Below, in pieces: positions 53,526-64,000 of a stretch of 64,000 nt of DNA (its first letter is position 1; each line of letters starts with the position of its first letter). This DNA comes from the human T2T-CHM13v2.0 reference genome, Homo sapiens. Location of the stretch: NCBI RefSeq assembly GCF_009914755.1, contig NC_060925.1, one strand, 5' to 3'. The notes under the pieces were generated by a model that made no database searches, was not told the DNA's origin, and saw only the letters and a program-made list of their open reading frames with translations. The translations under genes and the position numbers were made by a program.

Positions 53526-53845
53526 TGGGTCCACAATTCCTCATCTACATTCCAAAATCCAAAAAACTCTGAACACTAACATTAAAAAAACCTTACTTGG
53601 CAGCAAACTCATTTGGTGGCAAAATGTGACCTGAACTACACAAAATCATTTGTCATCTATTTATCCCTCTTAGTGTGAATATTCTTACTTGTCACTGTGA
53701 AAATAATGAGTGTGATTATGGAGTGCTGACCCCAAACCTCTCTGGGAGTATTACTATACGTACCATATTACCTTTCTGGAAAACAAACAAACAAACTCTG
53801 AATTTTAAAACACACCTGGCTCTAAGGCCAGATAAGGGTACCTGT
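53526..53845 (+). mobile_element. MER46C-like Tigger-family DNA element
   Basis: ggtccacaattcctcatc..attccaaaatccaaaaaactctgaa ... actcatttggtggcaaaatgtgacctgaac ... gataagggtacctg. Confidence 0.75.
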
Positions 53846-54036
53846 AATAGGATGACGTGAGACCCCTACAAAATTTACCAAAGGCCTAAGGGAGTCAAAT
53901 TTCCTCCCTGTTGTTTTGGAGAGTCTAATCAGCTTTTTACACAAACCAGGCTGCAGCATTATTTAGCAACTCTGTGTTCCAAATGGGAAATCTACTACCC
54001 AGGGTCACGGCTACATGTTTAATTCTCATTTCCTAC

Positions 54037-54076
54037 CTTCACATATTCCACAGTTGGGTCCAGAAGATGTGGATCC
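54037..54076 (-). CDS. BCAR3: BCAR3 40-nt coding exon (R)DPHLLDPTVEYVK
   Basis: Minus strand reads ttttctcttttcag|G GAT CCA CAT CTT CTG GAC CCA ACT GTG GAA TAT GTG AAG|gtagga. The peptide directly precedes FSKERH in the recalled BCAR3 sequence. Too short to appear in the ORF track. Confidence 0.95.
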
Positions 54077-54641
54077 CTGAAAAGAGAAAATATAAATATG
54101 AGAATGGTTGGGAACGATGCATTCTTACATTGAGTATAATGTGTCCAACATTATTTCACCCTATTCACTAAGTTACTAAGCTGGGCCCCATCTCCCAGGC
54201 AGTATTCACAACAGGGTGTGTGTGGTGGGGTGGGAGATACCACCATGACCTCAGTCTAGAAGCTCCCACATGCTTTCCTGTCAAATTCAGGCCCCAGAAT
54301 GTTAGAGTATTTACATGTGGTAATTCTAGATTTACTTGAGCATAGAAAGTGAAAGTCTGAAGCATAGAGCTCAGGGGAGGGCAGAGGTGGGAGACAGGCA
54401 GGACTGGGTACGGGAACGTGTGGCACTTTCGGTCACTGGTGGTGTCTGGGTTAATCCCCAGAACGTCCCCACCAGTAACTGTGTTGTGCCCACATTGACA
54501 GTAAGAAGAGAGAGGCTTAGGTGGGTGGAGGGGCTGCCCCAGGTTGCCCAGTGCCTGGGTGATGGAGGGAACGGAGCCTTCTCTTCTCATCGCTGGCTGT
54601 TACCCACCCACTCCTGGTGAAAATCTCAGCAATTCATCCTA

Positions 54642-55645
<1,004 letters not shown>

Positions 55646-56410
55646 TGAGGACTAAGCTCAGATTTTTTAATCTTGTCCAAATTCCTATCTAAGGGGTCTG
55701 GAGAGTCATGCCCTACAAACCATAAATTCTCATCAGATGGGTTTTATTTAACCCTATATATCGTGACTTACTTTCCAATCTGACTCTGGCATAACATGTG
55801 ACAAGAAAGTCAAAATATTTTACCCCAAAACATGTTTCTTTGCCATATTTTGGAATGGCCCTGCAAAACTGTCCTTTGTGGGGGAAAATTTGCATCTGTA
55901 AAGAATCTCTAGTAACATAGCTAAATCTTTTTCTTCCAGGCCCTCCCAATCCTAAAGAAATTAACTAAAAGTCTAGCACCTTTTAAAGACTGGAACAGGA
56001 AACATTTGTCATCTGTTGTCTCTAAGGACAGCCACTATAAGACTTCAAAGGAACCTTGGTCTCCACAATCTTTTATCTTAACCTGAACATTTCCTTTCTA
56101 TCAATCCCCAGTCTTTAGACAAACTCAACCAATTGTCAACCAGAAAATGTTTAAATTCACCTACAGCCTGGAAGCCCCTGCTTTGAGTTGTCCCACCTTT
56201 CTGGACCAAATCAATGTATTTCTTAAAAGTATTTGATTGACGGATGGCTCATGCCTCCCTAAAATGTATAAAACCAAGCTGCGCCCCAACCACCAGGGGC
56301 ACATTCTTTCAAGACCTCCTGAGGGCTGTGTCACAGGCCACGGTCACTCATATTTGGCTCAGAATAAATCTCTTCAAATATTTTACAGAGTTTGACTCTT
56401 TTCATTGACA
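55646..56410 (+). mobile_element. MER4-family (MER4D/E-like) ERV1 5' LTR
   Basis: TG...CA termini (tgaggactaagctc ... gagtttgactcttttcattgaca), TATA-like tgtataaaa at ~56265 and AATAAA at ~56363. Confidence 0.88.
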
Positions 56411-57371
56411 ATAATTTGATGCCCAAACATGTGGGGCCTCAGAGAAGACTCAGGACCCTGAAGGAGTTGCCCAAAACTGGAGCTAAGGTACCAGCCAGGG
56501 CCCATTGAAGCCTCACCCAGTTTGAGCTTCTCCTCTGGTGGAACTGGTAAGTCCTCCTGAGCTCTGGACCTCCTGTTTTGGTTGATGGTCCTTAATTTAT
56601 TCTTGAGCTGATTTTTCTCCTAGGAAGTTGTTGTTTAAGAATCCTAATTCCAGTTCGAAGGTGCATTCTAAAGGGTCTCCTCTATTGCTTTTTCTCTCAG
56701 AATTAATCTCAATTTGGCTTGACTGTGCATATTTGCGTGAGAAACTGAACTGTTGTTTTCATAGGTAAATGAGAGACTGAGTTTTTTCAGCTCTGAAGAG
56801 AAAGGGCATTTGCTCCTCCCAGCCAAAAAGCGCCCATGGGTGACTGGGGGCCTCGTGGGAGTGTCTAGGGGGTTGGCCCCCCACAATGTGCAGCAACCCT
56901 GCAGGGAAATCCTCAGTGCAAATTAATTTTTAAAATGGCTCATCCAGGACACATATCCATCCACCACACAAAAATCCTAGGCCAGAGCTCAGTTCCTCCT
57001 TTCAAGGGGGAAAAAAAAAAATGTGAGAAAGAAATACTCTAAAAATAAGGAGAAAATAAGGAGAATGATCCCCTTTTGAGTACTCTGTAGGTTTTATGGC
57101 ACCTCTACTTCCCAGAGTTTATGTAAAATAGAAGTAATATGGTCTTTGTGCACATTTACATTAAGGAAAAAGAACCCTAGGGTCGACCTGCAAACTATAG
57201 AGTTCCTAAATTCTCTTTTTCTGTCTTCCTTTCTGCCTACTTTAAATCTGCTGTTACTTTTCCACTGAGATAAAAACCACTGTTTGGATCTAACAGTTTT
57301 TTTTTTCTTGCAAGCCAGTGAATTTATACTTATTTCATGGCTAAAGTACTAAAGTAAAGCTACAGGATCTT

Positions 57372-57500
57372 TGTGTGTGTGTGTGTGTGTATATATATGT
57401 ATCCATGTATATTTAAAAGGCCATTATAGACTATATATGCATTTTATGATATGCATATATTATACATTATATATACATGATATATAAATATATAATTTTA
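57372..57500. repeat. (TG)n(TA)n and AT-rich low-complexity tract
   Basis: tgtgtgtgtgtgtgtgtgtatatatatg...atatataaatatataat. Confidence 0.85.
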
Positions 57501-58053
57501 TAATATTTATGTTTAATTGGCAGCTAAATTTATTTTAATTTCCCTCTAGCACACCAAACTTTTTCTCCCTGTAGCTTATAATGTAAATTTTGCTATCGGA
57601 TCTTCACCTAAGTTCTTTCCTTTCATATGAAAATTTAGGACTATTTAGCTGAGAACTGCCTAGAGTGATGCAACATGTTATTAAGAATTTTTAACTAGAA
57701 AAAAGGAAAAAGGAAGTCTTTATGAATCTATAAAATGTATTTCTATCAGCATGCCTAAATACCTCTATGTATTTATACATTGTGTAAACAGTGTTTCACT
57801 ACTAAAAATATATAAAGAGCTCTAATTAATTGGCTTAAAAAATATATAAAAGCACTTAATCAGATACTTAAAAGACTAGTCAAATGCTTTTAGACATAAC
57901 CCTATAAAGTTTGAATTAGACAAAGATATTTTACCTTTAATGAGAACATTAAAAATAAAATGTTTTCCTGTAATTCTTAAATTGGAAATTACCCAGATAC
58001 CCATGACTTAAGTAAAATCTTTAATAAATAAGGTGGCTTTAAAATTATTGGTA

Positions 58054-58353
<300 letters not shown>

Positions 58354-59449
58354 ATTATTGGTAAAATACTAGCAATGTTTATCCCTGCAGAATACTATAA
58401 CATTTGCCATGAGGGTTATCAACTATAAAACCCAGCCCAAGACAGAATAATCTTTGCTTGTGTATACCTATGAAATATTGTTGGCTTAATGAAAATAACT
58501 AAATGCTGAGTTATTGGAATAAATAACCTTAAAATTAAGCATAAGTTTTATTACTTAAGTAAATACCTGAAATTCACAGCTATAAAAATAGTTAAAAGGA
58601 AAATAACTTTAAATATTAGCTATCACAGTTTTTGTTAATAGTCTAGGTAAACTATTACATTAATCAGATAAATGTAATGGAATAAATGCTTACAAACAAA
58701 CTTGTCATAATTTAGAATCTAAGGTTATTATTTGATATTAAGTATCTGGGTAATTTCTGATTTAAGAATTACAGGAAAACATTTTCTTTTTAATGTTCTT
58801 ATTAAAGGTAAAATATCTTTGTCTAACTCAAACCTCATAGAGTTATGTCTAAAACAAGGTAAAGGAATCAGGAAATAAGAGATGAAAAGAAAGTTAAAGA
58901 TTTAAAGAGGTATTTTTGGTAAAGAAGGTAAAAAGGAAAGTAATTTTATAAGAATGATTCTTGTGTGGTGAATTTTTGCTCTAAACATGAATGCCCCTCC
59001 CACAGAATCATAGGACTGTTTAAGAAGCCTAATCAAATTTGCTGTCTTAGAGATGCACCTCCTTGCTGGGAACCCAAATCCTTTTCACCAGAAAAGGTAA
59101 AATGTTCTAGGGGTAAAAAAGAGTTCCTGAGACCAGAACATAAAAACATACAGGTTAACAGAAGTATAAAATTTAAGATGTTTAAACAAGCTTTATTTAA
59201 ATTAAAGCCAAATAAAATTTACAAATCAGCTCCTCAGTTACACTAGTGGCTAGCAGCTAGCATGACCCAATTATAGAATATTTCCAACACTGCAAAAAGT
59301 TCTACGGGACAGTGATATTCTAGAGAAAACACTTCTTCTAAATAGAAGGACACTCTGCTTCCAAAGAGACCCTCACTTTGCTGCTCTTGGTTATGACTTA
59401 GTAACTAAAGTACCAAAGGAGATTTGAAGCGCTCTCACGTATAAGGTAG

Positions 59450-59825
<376 letters not shown>

Positions 59826-61780
59826 TAAAATTCTGAAATATCTGGGTGCCAGTGGACTATCTCTACATGAGGAAAGTAACATGGGTCAATCAAACACGAC
59901 ATAGCATTGGATGAATGACTCAAATTAGGGAAAATTTTATTAAAGCCATCCAAAGCCATTCCCTTGAAATGTCTGCAATAAAAGCAGGGCTTATGAGGTG
60001 AGGGTTGTAGTTCTGCTTTAGTGAGAGGCATAATGGGATGGAGGAGAGAGGTGCTATGTGTAGAGGTAAATGGTTTGATCTTGGTAAATGGTAAAAGTAC
60101 CAAAAGCTACTCTTGGTAAATGGAAATTACACATTAAAAATGAAAAGGGATGGTCTTCAACGAGGTTTGACTGAAATAGAGACCCAAAAGGAGACTCGTT
60201 AAAAATTAAGGTCTTAAATGAATGACATTAGGATAATTAAGAAAAAGAAAGAATAAAATAGAGAATTTTTCGTTAACTGGCTAAAGAGGTTTGAGGTTTG
60301 TCTTCCCAGCTTCTCTCCTAAAATCTCTAACATTAACTATCATCAGTCAGTGCTTGCTTATATTTCCTCCTACTTGTGATTAAACCTTCCTAATTCATAA
60401 CAGTACTCCAGTGTCCTGACAGCAAAACTGAGGACCAGCTATTTGGAAACCCCAAGTTACCTGAGGAGCCTCATTTTCCTCTTCTGTCTGAGGCCCGCCA
60501 TCACTCCAGCCAAGACGGCCTCTCCCAGCCAGTGGGTCTTGGTCCAACCTCCTCCAGGAAGCCCTCCCTGAGGTACCTTCCCTCAGCCTGGCTCCTGGCT
60601 GCAGCTTCCCTGGTCTGCACCACTCCTGCAGGCTGCCCTGTGTCATTAGCTGTCATTCCCCCTGCTTGGACCTAACTTCCACAGTGAGACTGACTGCTCT
60701 CACTGACTGTTCCCTGCTTTAGAGGGCAGGGAACTCTTCTTGAATACCAGCTCCAGCTTCAAGGAACCAGAGAAGAAAAATTAAGATGCATAAGAAAGCT
60801 CTAGTAACTAGGATAAGAAGACTGAGAACAAGGAGAGCCAACTGCTGGAAGCAAAGGGCCCTGGGCTAAGGGAAGACACAGATTGCTCAGCAACTCCTAG
60901 TTTCCTTCTCTTCTGCCAAGAGAAGTGTGTTATGGTGGAGGGCCAAACAGGAGCACAGGGGAGTTCACCCAGGGGTGGGTTGGGGGACATCTTGAGTGCT
61001 GGGTCTGCACAGACAAGCAAGGCTATGGGGACAGCACAGGACACCTTGTCTTGAGGTGGTTCCATCTTTGTGTGGGGACACTGCTAACTGCAGCCAGTGC
61101 TGCCCCAGAAACCACCCACACACAGCACCTGGCTTGGCCAACTCTGGTTATCCACCTCTTTCCCAAGAGCTTGAGGTTTAGCCAAAGAGAACTAGCTTAG
61201 GAAGTGTGGTGAGTGTTCACATGCCTCTCTAGAGAAAGGGAAAAAAAGATTGTTTCAGCTTTCAAAAGGTGAAAGGAAAAAAAAAATCATGTAGCTGGGA
61301 AAAAAAAAAGGCAAAAGGAAAAGGGTTTTACAAATAAATCTGGTAAAAACAGCAGGTCCTAGGCAAAATTTAACCAGAATGACTTGTTCAGCACCTAAAA
61401 AAAAGAGTTACAGTCACAAATCTGACTATATTGCCTTTTGTGATATGACGAATAGACCAGCAGATCTAACGAATGTTATAATTAAATCATATCTGGATTT
61501 CAACAAGGAAGTTGAGGAAGTCATGACATTGCTATGACCAAACAATTTATAAGACCCCAAGTTATCTAGTATTCCGTAAGGTAGATTTGTTTGAACTCAA
61601 CAGCCAGCACTCTACCCACTCTACCCGCAACCAAAAAAAAGCCCAACAACAAACCACTGATTATCTAGAAAGGTCCTTATAAGTGGACAGAAGTGTTCCA
61701 TCCAAGCCTCCATTCCATTCATACTATTATGATCCCTTAAACGAGAACTCTGATGGCACAGTGATCAAATTCATTAATCA

Positions 61781-62153
<373 letters not shown>

Positions 62154-62169
62154 TCACTCCAGCTGAGTG

Positions 62170-62410
62170 ATAATGAACACAGGCTATAAAGCCAGACTAC
62201 CTGGTTTCAAATACTGCCTCTATCACTTACTACTGTGTGAATCTCAACACAGTTCACCATGTGACCACAACCTCTCTATGCCTCAGTTGTGTCATCTATA
62301 AAATGGGAATAATAGTACTTGTATCATAGGATAGTTGTGGAGACAGAGCAAAGGTGAAATTTATCAAAATACTTAAAACAGCACCTGGCATTAGTAAGTA
62401 ATATGTGGGC
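62170..62410 (+). mobile_element. MIR SINE
   Basis: gccagactacctggtttcaaatactgcctctatcacttactactgtgtga...cctctctatgcctcagtt...aaaatgggaataatagtac. Confidence 0.8.
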
Positions 62411-64000
62411 ATATATTAAGTGTTATAAGTGTGACCTGTGTATTAAATCACATTAATAAGGTCTTCCCCTCTCCCCAAAAAATTCGGTGATGGGCAAAAC
62501 CTAACCCGATGAAACAGAACAGGAATAAAATTTGAACTTCTAATTTAAAAATTCCACTTGTGCAAGTAGAAGATGGGAAAGATGTGAAATCTGATTGACC
62601 AAGTTTAATTGTGAAATAGCAGGATACAGTTATCATAGATGCCAGTGGGATGTTAGGCTACATTGACAGAAGATTAAAAACCATGAATGAAAGGAGGTAG
62701 GAGCCATTTGTCAGAGCACATCTGGAATATTCACTTATACCCTAAAAGTAAATAAAACAGGAATAAATAGAACACTGGCTCCCCAGGACAGGTCCAGAAA
62801 ACCAGCAACCAGGTAGAGAGAGAAGGTACTGAAGCCACATAACATGGGAAGAACCAAAAGGAAGAGGAACATTTAGCTTGGGTGAGAGTGGGCTTGGGGA
62901 GAAGGTAGACACAGGCTGCTTGTCAGTAACAGCTTAGGACTTCTGTATGGAAGAAGGAGCAAATATTCCGTTTAGGCACAGCCAGAGGGACCTACGGGGA
63001 GGAAGATTTTCACCTCACTTAAGGAAGTACTTTCCAAAAACTACACCATCTGAAAATGGGATGAACTGCCTTCCAAGATGGGTGTGAAGGTCCATGGTCA
63101 TCTGGCAGATGGGAAGCTGGATGGTCCTCTGTCCAGACTGTTGGAAAAAGCTAGCATGTGAGAGCAGAGACTGTATCTATCTTAGGAAACAAGAAAACAT
63201 TTATTGAGCATTTACTTTGTGCTAGTGATTTACATAAATTAGAAGATTTAATTTTTATAATCCTGTGAAGAAAGGGGTACTATCCTCAACTTACAGACCA
63301 CAAAACAGAGGAGACTCAGCTAGGAAGAGGAGTCTGAGGTTTGAACCAGATGTGGACTACATTAGACTGTATGTCCTGGTACAATGGCCAGCAAGTTAGA
63401 GGCTCTCAGGAGTAATGGTTAAAGAAGTCGATTAGATGTACAGTTGACCATTCAACACTGAGGCTACAAAAAGGCACAGAGAAGTTGCCAGGTAACTCTC
63501 CCACTCTGGCCTTACCCCTACCCTACACTCCCTTCCCCTCCCCCTTTTATAAAAGGGAAGCCAAGAGAAGCGGCATCACATTTAGGATGCCTCCCAAGCC
63601 CGTGTCAGCACTGATCTCATCAGGCCTGTGGAAGCATCCACACCGGGTTCCCCATGTCAACATGTTAGCCCATGCGGCCACACACAGACAAACCAGCGGT
63701 GCTCTCTGGCAGTGAGGCCAAAAAAAGTTAGGCAAACTACCCAGAGAACTTCTGAGGGGGTATTTGGCACTTCCCATGAAATTATTCTGCTTTTCTTCAT
63801 CTAAAACGCCTTGAGAGCCGAGAAAAGGATAAGACTAAAGTTCCCTCTTAGTGCTGCTCCCAGGTGAACCCAGCAAGGCCTGCTACGGGAGCCTTGTTCA
63901 TTCTGTTCTGAAAGCAAACAGGAGTTCAAGTGTTCTCAGATTCTAGTTACAGGGCTCCAAGGGGTCCTGGATCTGCTTATTCTCCTCACCCTTTTTAGAG

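Noticed and set aside
60065-60123. Three spaced copies of ggtaaatgg (CRISPR-like spacing)
   Set aside because: The repeats are only 9-13 bp with irregular spacers in a human intron; local slippage, not an array.

Overview
Human (primate) genomic DNA from the interior of BCAR3 (NSP2/AND-34 family SH2 adaptor; chr1p22.1 from recall), transcribed on the minus strand. The window holds three canonical coding exons of 40, 129 and 443 nt (the latter two encode the SH2 domain) and a ~50-kb intron containing the alternative first exon MPKECSAFHALSAALCCFYHRKSFIGVK. The rest is intron, with about 21 Alu copies or monomers, MIR/L2/L3/L1M fragments, MaLR LTRs, a truncated MER4-family provirus and several DNA-transposon fossils, some nested. 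No prokaryotic system, CRISPR array, rRNA or tRNA gene is visible. Almost all ORF-track entries are chance or Alu-derived ORFs. Two observations stand out. (1) A ~200-bp block (about 2181-2380) reads as ordinary human DNA only when complemented in place without reversal, which no normal mutational process produces, so it is probably an artefact or edit. (2) A strong candidate additional coding first exon (MLTNGLLEISSCFGLSINEK, 16803-16744) ends in the same phase-0 AAG|gt junction as the known upstream exons, suggesting a set of interchangeable BCAR3 N-termini. Repeat family names and boundaries come from recognition by eye and are approximate.
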